Source: Pseudomonadota bacterium
Lineage (GTDB): Bacteria > Pseudomonadota > Alphaproteobacteria > Rhizobiales > Xanthobacteraceae
Direction: 5' to 3'
Length of the DNA stretch: 64,000 nucleotides
Assembly: GCA_040386115.1 (NCBI GenBank)
Contig: JAZKGC010000086.1
Coordinates: 5,034-69,033 of the forward strand
The translations under genes were made by a program, and so were the position numbers. Shown piece after piece: positions 8,995 through 18,063 of the stretch; the first letter of the stretch is position 1, and each line of letters opens with the position of its first letter. The notes below the pieces were generated by a model. That model searched no databases. It saw nothing but the letters and a program-made list of their open reading frames with translations, and was not told the origin of the DNA.

Positions 8995-10770
8995 ATGAGA
9001 CAGATGACCAGACAGAATCGTCTTTTGGCGATGACAAGCGCAGTGGCGCTGATAGCGGTGTCAGCCGCGATCAACGCGCCGGCGTTCGCGGATGAGGCCG
9101 CCGCGAAGAAGTGGATCGACGCCGAGTTTCAGCCCTCGACGTTATCCAAGGACGACCAGATGAAGGAAATGCAGTGGTTCATCAAGGCCGCCGCGCCTTT
9201 TAAGGGGATGGACATCAACGTCGTCTCCGAAACCATCGCAACTCATGAATATGAAGCCGGGACGCTGGCAAAGGCGTTCGCGGAAATTACCGGCATCAAG
9301 CTGAAGCATGACGTCATCCAGGAAGGCGACGTGGTCGAGAAGATCCAGACCCAGATGCAGTCGGGCAAGAACGTCTATGACGGCTGGATCAACGACTCGG
9401 ACCTGATCGGCACGCATTTCCGCTATGGCCAGGCCATCGCCCTGTCGGACTACATGACGGGTGAAGGCAAGGATGTCACATCCCCGACGCTCGACATCAA
9501 TGACTTCATCGGGCGTTCGTTCACGACCGGCCCGGACAAGAAGCTCTATCAGCTTCCTGACCAGCAATTCGCGAACCTGTACTGGTTCCGGTACGACTGG
9601 TTCACCAATCCGGATTACAAGGCGAAGTTCAAGGCCAAGTATGGCTATGAACTCGGCGTGCCGGTGAACTGGTCGGCATATGAAGACATCGCGGAGTTCT
9701 TCACCAACGACATCAAGGAGATCAACGGCGTCAAGGTCTATGGCCACATGGACTATGGCAAAAAAGATCCGTCGCTGGGATGGCGTTTCACCGATGCCTG
9801 GCTGTCGATGGCTGGCAATGGCGACAAGGGTATTCCGAACGGTCTTCCGGTCGATGAATGGGGCGTCCGCATGGAAGGTTGTCGTCCAGTCGGCTCGTCG
9901 GTCGAGCGTGGCGGCGACACCAACGGCCCCGCAGCGGTCTATTCGATCGTCAAATATCTCGACTGGCTGAAGAAGTATGCCCCGCCGCAGGCGCAAGGCA
10001 TGACTTTCTCCGAGTCGGGTCCGGTGCCTGCGCAAGGCAACATCGCCCAGCAGATGTTCTGGTACACAGCTTTCACCGCCGACATGGTGAAGCCCGGTCC
10101 AGTCATGAATACCGACGGCACGCCGAAGTGGCGCATGGCTCCGTCGCCGCACGGCTCGTACTGGAAAGAGGGCATGAAGCTTGGCTATCAGGATGTCGGA
10201 TCGGGCACGCTGCTCAAGTCAACGCCGCCGGATCGCCGCAAGGCAGCCTGGCTCTATCTCCAGTTCATCACCTCGAAGACGGTGTCGCTGAAGAAGAGCC
10301 ATGTCGGCCTTACGTTTATTCGTGAATCCGACATTTGGGACAAGACGTTTACCGAACGCGCGCCGAAACTCGGCGGACTGATCGAATTCTACCGCTCGCC
10401 TGCGCGCGTGCAGTGGTCTCCGACCGGAAACAACATCCCGGATTATCCAAAGCTCGCACAGCTCTGGTGGCAAAACATCGGCGATGCGTCGTCCGGTGCG
10501 AAGACTGCGCAGGCGGCGATGGATTCGCTGGCTGCGGCGCAGGACTCGGTGCTTGAGCGTCTCGAGAAGTCAGGCGTGCAGGGTGCCTGCGGACCGAAGC
10601 TCAACAAGAAGGAGACCGCTGAGTTCTGGTTCGCGAAGTCGGAGAAGGACGGCAACATCGCGCCTCAGCGCAAGCTGGCGAACGAGAAGCCGAAGGGTGA
10701 GACCATCGACTACGACACGCTGATCAAGTCGTGGCCGGCGTCGCCGCCCAAGCGCGCGGAAGCCAAATAG
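8995..10770 (+). CDS. glpV: Glycerol ABC transporter substrate-binding protein
   Basis: Signal peptide (..APAFA), large CUT1 SBP, strong GGAGGA RBS. Confidence 0.87.
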   Translation: MRQMTRQNRLLAMTSAVALIAVSAAINAPAFADEAAAKKWIDAEFQPSTLSKDDQMKEMQWFIKAAAPFKGMDINVVSETIATHEYEAGTLAKAFAEITGIKLKHDVIQEGDVVEKIQTQMQSGKNVYDGWINDSDLIGTHFRYGQAIALSDYMTGEGKDVTSPTLDINDFIGRSFTTGPDKKLYQLPDQQFANLYWFRYDWFTNPDYKAKFKAKYGYELGVPVNWSAYEDIAEFFTNDIKEINGVKVYGHMDYGKKDPSLGWRFTDAWLSMAGNGDKGIPNGLPVDEWGVRMEGCRPVGSSVERGGDTNGPAAVYSIVKYLDWLKKYAPPQAQGMTFSESGPVPAQGNIAQQMFWYTAFTADMVKPGPVMNTDGTPKWRMAPSPHGSYWKEGMKLGYQDVGSGTLLKSTPPDRRKAAWLYLQFITSKTVSLKKSHVGLTFIRESDIWDKTFTERAPKLGGLIEFYRSPARVQWSPTGNNIPDYPKLAQLWWQNIGDASSGAKTAQAAMDSLAAAQDSVLERLEKSGVQGACGPKLNKKETAEFWFAKSEKDGNIAPQRKLANEKPKGETIDYDTLIKSWPASPPKRAEAK

Positions 10771-10795
10771 GCTTGCGAATTTATACTGCACATAA

Positions 10796-10821
10796 AAAGG
10801 CCGGGAGTGATCCCGGCCTTT
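10796..10821. terminator. Intrinsic, possibly bidirectional, terminator after glpV
   Basis: AAAGGCCGGGA-gtga-TCCCGGCCTTT, perfect 11-bp stem with A- and T-tracts. Confidence 0.75.
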
Positions 10822-11115
10822 ACTCCTTGGCACATGGCGTGCCGGATTTGTCGCGATCCGACATCGCGTTGCATTGTTCATTGCGATGCAACCAAATCGG
10901 TGTGTTGTTGACACACCGTCGCAGTTTGGGCTGTATTCGACGCTCTGACTATTTCGCGGGTTTCTAGCGTCTAATCGCAAGATTTGGCACCGAACATCCG
11001 GTCAGGGTAGGTGTCACTAAACGAGGTACAGCAGGGATACGCATAACAAGACGGAGCAAGATGCAAAAAACGTGATCGATAGAATCACGGTGCATCGGGG
11101 GGAGGGATATCTGGA

Positions 11116-11991
11116 ATGCTGGACTTTGTTCAGCAGTTGGTGAGCGGCGTCGCGCTCGGCTGCGTCTATGGCCTGATCGCGCTTGGCTTCGTCCTTGTTT
11201 ACAAGGCCACGGAGGTCGTCAATTTCGCGCAAGGCGATTTGATGATGCTGGGCGGGTTTTTCGCCTTCACGTTCATCGGCCTGCTTGGCTTCAATTACTG
11301 GATCGGTTTCGTCGCAGCGGTGGCCGCGATGGCGCTGTTCGGCATGCTGGCCGAGCGTCTTGTGGTGCGCCCGATCCTTGGTTATCCGCAATTCTCCATC
11401 ATCATGGCCACCATCGGACTGGGATTTTTCCTGCGTTCCGTGGCCGGCATGGTCTGGGGCACCGACGATCTCAAGATCGAGACGCCGTTCAGCCAGGGCG
11501 TGCTGCGGCTTGGAAGTCTTGTGCTCGCCTATGACAAGCTGTCTGTTATCGCCGCGACCATCATTCTCTGCGGTGTACTCTACCTGTTTTTCAACAGGAC
11601 CACGCTCGGCACCGCCATGCGCGCCAGCTCCGAGAACATGCTGGCAGCCTATTACATGGGCATTCCCGTGAAGCGCGTGGTGGCCATCGTGTGGGCGATC
11701 AGCGCCGCGGTCGCCACCTGCGCCGGCGTGCTGCTTGCGCCGATCACGTTCATTCATTCCAACGTCGGTCTTGTATTGGGGCTGAAGGCGTTTCCGGCGG
11801 CTGTGCTCGGCGGCTTCGGATCGATTCCCGGCGCCGTCGTCGGCGGAATTCTCATCGGCGTGATCGAGAGCATGGCGGGATTCTATCTGCCGCAGGGATG
11901 GAAGGACGTCGCACCTTACATCGTGTTGCTGGCGGTCCTGCTGCTCAAGCCTGAGGGCATCTTCGGCCTTCATGTCAGAAAGAAAGTCTGA
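11116..11991 (+). CDS. Liv-type (HAAT) ABC permease, LivH-like
   Basis: YGLIALGFVLVY..VNFAQG, AVLGGFGSIPGA. Confidence 0.9.
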   Translation: MLDFVQQLVSGVALGCVYGLIALGFVLVYKATEVVNFAQGDLMMLGGFFAFTFIGLLGFNYWIGFVAAVAAMALFGMLAERLVVRPILGYPQFSIIMATIGLGFFLRSVAGMVWGTDDLKIETPFSQGVLRLGSLVLAYDKLSVIAATIILCGVLYLFFNRTTLGTAMRASSENMLAAYYMGIPVKRVVAIVWAISAAVATCAGVLLAPITFIHSNVGLVLGLKAFPAAVLGGFGSIPGAVVGGILIGVIESMAGFYLPQGWKDVAPYIVLLAVLLLKPEGIFGLHVRKKV

Positions 11992-12000
11992 GGGGCGGGG

Positions 12001-13152
12001 ATGAGGTTTCTCTTCAAGACAAGTTATGACGACGACATCCGCTTGTTTCCGCACAACGGATATTTCGTTTCCTATGGCGTTCTGCTCGCGCTGCTCGTGG
12101 TCGCGCCGTTCGTTCTGAGCAGCTACCTCGTCAGTCAGCTCGTGTTCGTGTGCATCTACGCTACCGTCGGCGTCGGGCTGATGATCCTGACCGGGTTCAC
12201 CGGACAGGCCTCGCTTGGCCATGCGGCATTTTTGGCCATCGGCGCTTACACCGCCGCCTATCTGCAGCAGTTCGGCGTTCCGTTTCTGGTTTATTTTCTG
12301 GCCGCAGGAGTGCTCACCGGAATCATCGGCGCGATGGTCGGATTTCCCGCGCTGCGGCTGCAAGGCATCTACCTTGTCATCGCCACGATCTCATTCGCGC
12401 TGATCGTCGAGGAAATTCTGGCACGATGGGAAAGCGTGACCCACGGCAATGACGGTATGCGCGTCCGCGCGATCCAGATGTTCGGCGACAGCATCCCGCG
12501 CGACAGCGCAACCTTCTATTATATATGTCTCGGCCTGTTGATCCTGGTCATCGTGGGCACGCTTAACCTGATGCGCTCACCGACCGGCCGCGCCTTTGTC
12601 GCTATCCGCGACAGCGAGACGGCGGCCAAAAGCATGGGCATCAACATCTCACTCTACAAGGTGAAGTCGTTTGCGCTCAGTGCTGCGATCACGGGCCTCG
12701 CGGGCTGTCTCTTCGCGCACAAGATGTCCTTCATCAGTCCGGAAATGTTCACGCTGCAACTTTCCATCGAATTCATCATGGTGATTATCATTGGCGGCGT
12801 TCTCAGCCTGCATGGTGCGGTGCTGGGCGCGATCTTCATCGTCATGGTCGATCCGTTTTTGACCTTCCTGAAGGACGATATTCCGGGCGTGGTCGCCGGC
12901 CTTGCTGCCACGTTCGGCGCGGGCGTGGAGCAAGTCGCGGGTATCGAGAAGAAGGTTGCGGCGATTGCCTCGGCCAACGGCCTGAAAGGCGCGATCTACG
13001 GCCTGATTATCATGATCTTTATCCTGTTCGAGCCATACGGACTCTACGGTCGCTGGCTGAAGATCAAGCTCTTCTTTCAGCTGTTTCCGCTCTACAAGCG
13101 CGCCACCTTCAAGCGGCAAAAGATTTATGTGAAGTCGGAGCGCAACCGATGA
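12001..13152 (+). CDS. Liv-type ABC permease, LivM-like
   Basis: GQASLGHAAF, LRLQGIYLVIAT, GRAFVAIRDSE. Confidence 0.9.
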   Translation: MRFLFKTSYDDDIRLFPHNGYFVSYGVLLALLVVAPFVLSSYLVSQLVFVCIYATVGVGLMILTGFTGQASLGHAAFLAIGAYTAAYLQQFGVPFLVYFLAAGVLTGIIGAMVGFPALRLQGIYLVIATISFALIVEEILARWESVTHGNDGMRVRAIQMFGDSIPRDSATFYYICLGLLILVIVGTLNLMRSPTGRAFVAIRDSETAAKSMGINISLYKVKSFALSAAITGLAGCLFAHKMSFISPEMFTLQLSIEFIMVIIIGGVLSLHGAVLGAIFIVMVDPFLTFLKDDIPGVVAGLAATFGAGVEQVAGIEKKVAAIASANGLKGAIYGLIIMIFILFEPYGLYGRWLKIKLFFQLFPLYKRATFKRQKIYVKSERNR

Positions 13153-13907
13153 GTTGCTTCCGCGCGGAAAATCTCTCGCTTCATTTCGGCGGCCTGAAAG
13201 CCGTCGATTCCGTCAGCTTCGCGGTGGAGAAGGGCGAGATCCTGTCCATCATCGGCCCGAACGGGGCTGGTAAAAGCTCGATCTTCAACCTGATCTCGCG
13301 GCTATACGAGCCGACCTCCGGACGGCTTTATTTCGAGGATCAGGATATCACCGAGGAGCCGCCCTACGGCATCGCCAAGCTGGGCATTGCGCGGACATTT
13401 CAAAATATCGAACTGTTCGAGAATGCGACGGTTCTCAGCAATCTGCTGGTCGGGCGGCACCGCCACTCCACGACGAGCCTGTGGCAGGAGGTCTTGTTCC
13501 TGCCCGGCGTGCGCCGCGACGAAAAAGCGCACCGCCGCCGCGTCGAACAGGTAATCGATTTCCTTGACCTTGCAGCCCATCGCGACAAGCTGATCTCCGG
13601 ATTGCCCTACGGCGTGCGCAAGGTAATCGAGCTTGCCCGCGCGCTGTGCACCGAGCCGAAGCTGATCTTGCTCGATGAACCGTCGTCCGGCTTGAATGTG
13701 GAGGAGACCGACGACATGTCGTTCTGGATCCGCGACATGAAAACCGAACTGGACATCACCGTGCTGATGGTCGAGCACGACATGACGCTGGTTAACCGCG
13801 TCTCCGACCGCGTGATCGCGCTGAACTACGGCAAGGTGCTGGCGATGGGGACGCCGGCCGAGGTTCAGGCCCATCCCGATGTCGTCGCAGCCTATCTCGG
13901 CGCTTGA
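13149..13907 (+). CDS. Liv-type ABC ATPase, LivG-like
   Basis: GPNGAGKS, ARTFQN, LLDEP, VEHDM, AYLG end. Confidence 0.9.
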   Translation: MSCFRAENLSLHFGGLKAVDSVSFAVEKGEILSIIGPNGAGKSSIFNLISRLYEPTSGRLYFEDQDITEEPPYGIAKLGIARTFQNIELFENATVLSNLLVGRHRHSTTSLWQEVLFLPGVRRDEKAHRRRVEQVIDFLDLAAHRDKLISGLPYGVRKVIELARALCTEPKLILLDEPSSGLNVEETDDMSFWIRDMKTELDITVLMVEHDMTLVNRVSDRVIALNYGKVLAMGTPAEVQAHPDVVAAYLGA

Positions 13908-13917
13908 GGATGATGTC

Positions 13918-14697
13918 ATGAACAAGCCCGACATCATTTTGAAGCTCAGCAACATCGAAAGCTATTATGGGCCGATCATGGCCATCCGCGGCATCAGCCT
14001 CGAGGTGCCGCGCGGCAAGATCGTCACCTTGCTGGGCGCGAACGGCGCTGGCAAAACCACGGTTCTCAAGACGATCTCCGGCATTCTCGATCCGCAGAAA
14101 GGGTCGATTGAATTTCAGGGCAAGCCGATCCAGCGCATGGAGGCCGACAAGATTGTACGGCTCGGCCTCAGCCATGTGCCCGAGGGGCGCGAGGTGTTTC
14201 CGTTTCTGAGCGTGCGCGAGAACCTGATGATGGGCGCTTACCCGCGCAAGGATCGCGACGGCGTCGCGTCCGATCTTGAGCTTGTGTACGGATACTTCCC
14301 GCGCCTGCGCGAGCGCCTCAATCAGCCTGCGGGCCAGCTCTCCGGCGGCGAACAGCAGATGCTGGCCATCGGCCGCGCGCTGATGAACCGTCCGGCGCTG
14401 CTGCTGCTCGATGAGCCGTCGCTCGGCCTGTCGCCGATTCTGGTGAAGGAGATCTTCACGATCATCCGCCGTGTCAACGAAGAGCAGGGCATGTCGATCC
14501 TGCTCGTCGAACAGAACGCGAAAGTCGCACTCGAGACCGCGCATTATGGATACGTGCTGGAAATTGGGCGCGTCGTCATGAACGACACCTGCGAGCGTCT
14601 CATGATGTCGCAGGACATTCAGGAATTCTACCTCGGTGCCAAGGAAGATGGCGCGCGGGGCGAACGGCGCTGGAAGAAGAAGAAGACTTGGCGGTAA
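13918..14697 (+). CDS. Liv-type ABC ATPase, LivF-like, with a basic C-terminal tail
   Basis: GANGAGKT, LSGGEQQM, LLDEPSLGL; ATG 13918 after GAGGA; tail ERRWKKKKTWR. Confidence 0.9.
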   Translation: MNKPDIILKLSNIESYYGPIMAIRGISLEVPRGKIVTLLGANGAGKTTVLKTISGILDPQKGSIEFQGKPIQRMEADKIVRLGLSHVPEGREVFPFLSVRENLMMGAYPRKDRDGVASDLELVYGYFPRLRERLNQPAGQLSGGEQQMLAIGRALMNRPALLLLDEPSLGLSPILVKEIFTIIRRVNEEQGMSILLVEQNAKVALETAHYGYVLEIGRVVMNDTCERLMMSQDIQEFYLGAKEDGARGERRWKKKKTWR

Positions 14698-14738
14698 AGA
14701 CTTGGCGCTGAATCTTTGGCGCTGAAGATTTGGAGACG
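14683..14738 (+). repeat. 14-bp tandem repeat (x4) echoing the gene 3' end
   Basis: AAGACTTGGCGGTA / AAGACTTGGCGCTG / AATCTTTGGCGCTG / AAGATTTGGAGACG. Confidence 0.8.
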
Positions 14739-14799
14739 GGTTCACAAGAACCGGAGACAAACTCCGGCACTGCGCAGTTGGTAAAAGAGGGAACGAGCA

Positions 14800-16638
14800 A
14801 TGTCGAGACCCGCAGTTATCACCGTCGCGGATACGATCGCGAAGAGCTTTCTGCTCGCGGTGGAAGCCCGTGGCGACCGGCCGGCCATTCGTGAGAAACT
14901 GCTCGGCGTATGGCAAGCGACCAGCTGGCGCGAATGGCTCCAGAAGTCGAAGGAGATCGCTTACGCCCTCCACGCCGTCGGTTTCAGGGCGGGCGAGACC
15001 GCATCGATCATGTCCAACGCGACCCCCGAGTGGGTTTACGCCGATATGGGCATACTTTGCGCAGGTGGCGTTTCGTCCGGAATCTATCCGACCGACTCAG
15101 CCAGTCAGGTCGAATACCTTGTGAATGATTCAAAAACCAAGGTGATCTTTGTCGAGGACGAGGAGCAACTCGACAAGATTCTGTCTTGCCGCGCGCAATG
15201 CCCGACGCTTGAAAAGATCGTCGTGTCTGACATGGAGGGCTTGAGCGGTTTCAGCGACACGATGGTGATGTCGCTCGATGAATTCCTGGCGCTTGGACGC
15301 AATTATATCTCGGGGCGCGAAGCGCTGTGGGACGAAATGATCGCAAGCCGCGGGGCAAACGATCTTGCAATCCTGGTCTATACGTCGGGGACGACGGGGC
15401 CGCCAAAAGGCGCGATGCATTCCAACCGCAGCGTGACGCACCAGATGCGTTTCGCGGACTATCTTCTCGTGCCGACCGATCATGAGGAGCGGCTGGTTTT
15501 CCTTCCGTTGTGCCACGTCGCTGAGCGCATCGGCGGCTACTACCTCTCGATGGCGGTCGGCTCAATCATGAATTTCGCCGAAAGCCCGGAGACAGTGCCG
15601 GATAATCTTCGCGAGGTGCAGCCGACGGCGTTTCTCGCGGTCCCGCGAATCTGGGAAAAGTTCTATTCGGCGATCACGATTGCGCTAAAAGATGCGACGC
15701 CATTCCAGAAATGGATGTATGCCCGTGCCATCGGCGTCGGGTATCGCCTGACAGATCTGAGGCTGGAAGGGCGGCCTGCGCCGTTGTCGCTGCGGCTTGC
15801 GGGCAAGGCGGCCTATTGGCTGGTCTTCCGCAATATCCGCCGCATGCTTGGACTGGATCGCGTTCGTATCGCGTTCACGGGTGCGGCCCCGATCGCGCCG
15901 GAACTGATCCGCTGGTATCTGGCGCTCGGTCTCGACATGCGCGAGGTCTATGGCCAGACCGAGAATTGCGGCGTCGCGACGCTGATGCCCAACGATCGCA
16001 TCAAGCTCGGTTCGGTGGGGAAGGCCGCGCCTTGGGGCGAGGTCTCGATCTCTCCGCAGGGCGAAATTCTCGTGAAGGGCGATTACCTTTTTATGGGCTA
16101 TCTGAATCAGCCTGAGAAAACCGCCGAGACCATCGATGAAAAAGGCTGGCTGCATACCGGCGACGTCGGCTCGATCGATAATGAGGGCTTCGTCAGGATC
16201 ACCGACCGGATGAAGGACATCATCATCACGTCGGGCGGCAAGAACATCACGCCGTCGGAGATCGAGAATCAGCTCAAGTTCTCGCCCTACATTTCAGATG
16301 CCGTTGTCATCGGCGACAAGCGGCCGTTCCTGACGTGCCTCGTAATGATCGATCACGAGAATGTCGAGAAATTCGCGCAGGACTACGACATTCCGTTTAC
16401 GAACTATGCCAGCCTCTGCCGCGCACCCGAAATCCAGGATCTGATCTTGCGCGAGATCGAAACCGTGAACGCGAACTTCGCGCGCGTTGAGACGATCAAG
16501 AAGTTTCATCTGATCGAGCGGCAGTTGACCCCGGAGGACGAGGAACTGACGCCGACGATGAAGTTGAAGCGAAATTACGTCAACAAGTCTTACGCAGTTG
16601 AAATTGACGCAATGTACGGCGCCAAAGCGATAGCGTAG
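14800..16638 (+). CDS. Long-chain acyl-CoA synthetase (AMP-forming)
   Basis: YTSGTTGPPKG, YGQTE, WLHTGDVG, GGKNITP, ELTPTMKLKR. Confidence 0.9.
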   Translation: MSRPAVITVADTIAKSFLLAVEARGDRPAIREKLLGVWQATSWREWLQKSKEIAYALHAVGFRAGETASIMSNATPEWVYADMGILCAGGVSSGIYPTDSASQVEYLVNDSKTKVIFVEDEEQLDKILSCRAQCPTLEKIVVSDMEGLSGFSDTMVMSLDEFLALGRNYISGREALWDEMIASRGANDLAILVYTSGTTGPPKGAMHSNRSVTHQMRFADYLLVPTDHEERLVFLPLCHVAERIGGYYLSMAVGSIMNFAESPETVPDNLREVQPTAFLAVPRIWEKFYSAITIALKDATPFQKWMYARAIGVGYRLTDLRLEGRPAPLSLRLAGKAAYWLVFRNIRRMLGLDRVRIAFTGAAPIAPELIRWYLALGLDMREVYGQTENCGVATLMPNDRIKLGSVGKAAPWGEVSISPQGEILVKGDYLFMGYLNQPEKTAETIDEKGWLHTGDVGSIDNEGFVRITDRMKDIIITSGGKNITPSEIENQLKFSPYISDAVVIGDKRPFLTCLVMIDHENVEKFAQDYDIPFTNYASLCRAPEIQDLILREIETVNANFARVETIKKFHLIERQLTPEDEELTPTMKLKRNYVNKSYAVEIDAMYGAKAIA

Positions 16639-16768
16639 GTTCGCAAGAATGCTGCGCCAGGAGAGCCACGAGAAGCGTATTCCGCGGACCTGAAAGATCC
16701 GCTCAGCGGCGAGGGTATTTCAAGGCCAACACCTTCGTTCAATATGGGCCAACAGAGAGGAGACTGAC

Positions 16769-17968
16769 ATGTCGAAATCGTTCAAGGCGCTGGGCCTTGC
16801 GGTGGGCGCCGTTGCGCTGACCCATTTGCCGGCCTTCGCGCAAACCAAGGTAACCAACCAGGGAATCTCACCGACGGAAATCATCGTCGGATCGCATCAG
16901 GATCTGTCCGGCCCGATCAAGGTCTGGGGCGTACCGGTGTCCAACGGCATGAAGATGGCGGCGGATGAAATCAACGCCGCCGGCGGCATCAACGGCCGCA
17001 AGATCAAGTTGATCGTCGAAGATAGCGGTTACGATCCGAAGCGCTCGGTGCTGGCCTCGCAGAAGCTGATCGAGAAGGACAAGGTCTTCGCGATGGTCGG
17101 CCCAATGGGTTCGCCGACGGTTCTCGCCGCGCAGGACATCCTGTTCGACGCTGGCGTGATGCAGCTTTTTCCTCTCACCGCCGCCGAGTTCACCTTCAAG
17201 TTCGATCCAGCCAAGCCGCAGGAGCGATTGAAGTTCAACAACATTCTGCCCTACGTCGAAAGCACGCGGGCCGCGGTCAAGCATCTGGTTGAGATGAAAA
17301 AGATCGCCAAGCCATGCATCATGCATCAGGACGACGAATACGGGAAGAGCGTGCTCGACGGCTTCAATCAGCAGGTCGCTGCCATGAAGCTGACGCCGGC
17401 ATCGGTCACTAGCTACAAGCGCGGTGCATCCGATTTCAGTGCGCAGGTCGCGAAGATGAAATCCGATGGCTGCGATCTGGTGGTGCTTGGAACGGTCATC
17501 CGTGAAACCATCGGCGCGATGGGAGAAGCCAAGAAACTCGGTTGGGATGTGACGTTCCTGGGCGCCACGCCGACCAACGTGCTTGAAGTGCCGGCACTCG
17601 GCAAGGAAGCCGTCGAGGGACTTTATGCGGCGGCCGGGTTTGAGATTCCTTACGAAGACACCGCCAAGGGCAAGGTGAAGGATTGGCTGGTGAACTACAA
17701 GAAGGCGTTCGGGACCGATGCCAACACGCAAGCCATCATCGGCTACAACGCCATCATGACGTTCGCCCATTACGTCAACAAGGCGGGCAAGGATCTGACA
17801 GGTCAGAAGTTGCTGGACGCGCTGGAATCCGGCGACGTGTTCAAGGATATCTTTAGCTCGCCGCCGACCAAGTTCTCGAAGACCAACCACCTTGCCAGCA
17901 CCGTGACGCAGGTTCAGCAGGTCAAGGCCGGCCGCTGGGTGATGGTGAAGGAAGGTCTTATGTTCTAA
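16769..17968 (+). CDS. Liv-type ABC periplasmic substrate-binding protein
   Basis: Signal peptide, DLSGP, EINAAGGINGRKI; GAGGAG RBS. Confidence 0.9.
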   Translation: MSKSFKALGLAVGAVALTHLPAFAQTKVTNQGISPTEIIVGSHQDLSGPIKVWGVPVSNGMKMAADEINAAGGINGRKIKLIVEDSGYDPKRSVLASQKLIEKDKVFAMVGPMGSPTVLAAQDILFDAGVMQLFPLTAAEFTFKFDPAKPQERLKFNNILPYVESTRAAVKHLVEMKKIAKPCIMHQDDEYGKSVLDGFNQQVAAMKLTPASVTSYKRGASDFSAQVAKMKSDGCDLVVLGTVIRETIGAMGEAKKLGWDVTFLGATPTNVLEVPALGKEAVEGLYAAAGFEIPYEDTAKGKVKDWLVNYKKAFGTDANTQAIIGYNAIMTFAHYVNKAGKDLTGQKLLDALESGDVFKDIFSSPPTKFSKTNHLASTVTQVQQVKAGRWVMVKEGLMF

Positions 17969-17992
17969 GTCTTTATGTTCGAAGCCGGTCAG

Positions 17993-18025
17993 GGCGCGCG
18001 CGGCATTGCCCGCGCGCGCCATTTT
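17993..18025 (+). terminator. Intrinsic terminator after the SBP gene
   Basis: GGCGCGCGCGG-cattgc-CCGCGCGCGCC followed by ATTTT. Confidence 0.65.
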
Positions 18026-18063
18026 CATTACGGTTCGGCTCCCAACGAAAGCCGTCCAGCGAA

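Noticed and set aside
10828-10843. Sigma54 promoter (TGGCAC...GC with correct GG-N10-GC spacing)
   Set aside because: The -12 element is GTGC rather than TTGC, the site is about 270 nt from the next start, it is also a simple palindrome, and no enhancer-binding protein gene is nearby.
11017-12363. Long antisense ORFs (also 16868-18028, 39555-40922, 45517-46737, 53487-54599, 55939-57450, 60660-62033)
   Set aside because: They are shadow frames of well-supported genes, expected from high-GC codon bias; they are Arg/Ala/His-rich with no recognisable motifs.
14683-14738. CRISPR-like array
   Set aside because: The units are 14 bp with no spacers, and there are no cas genes.
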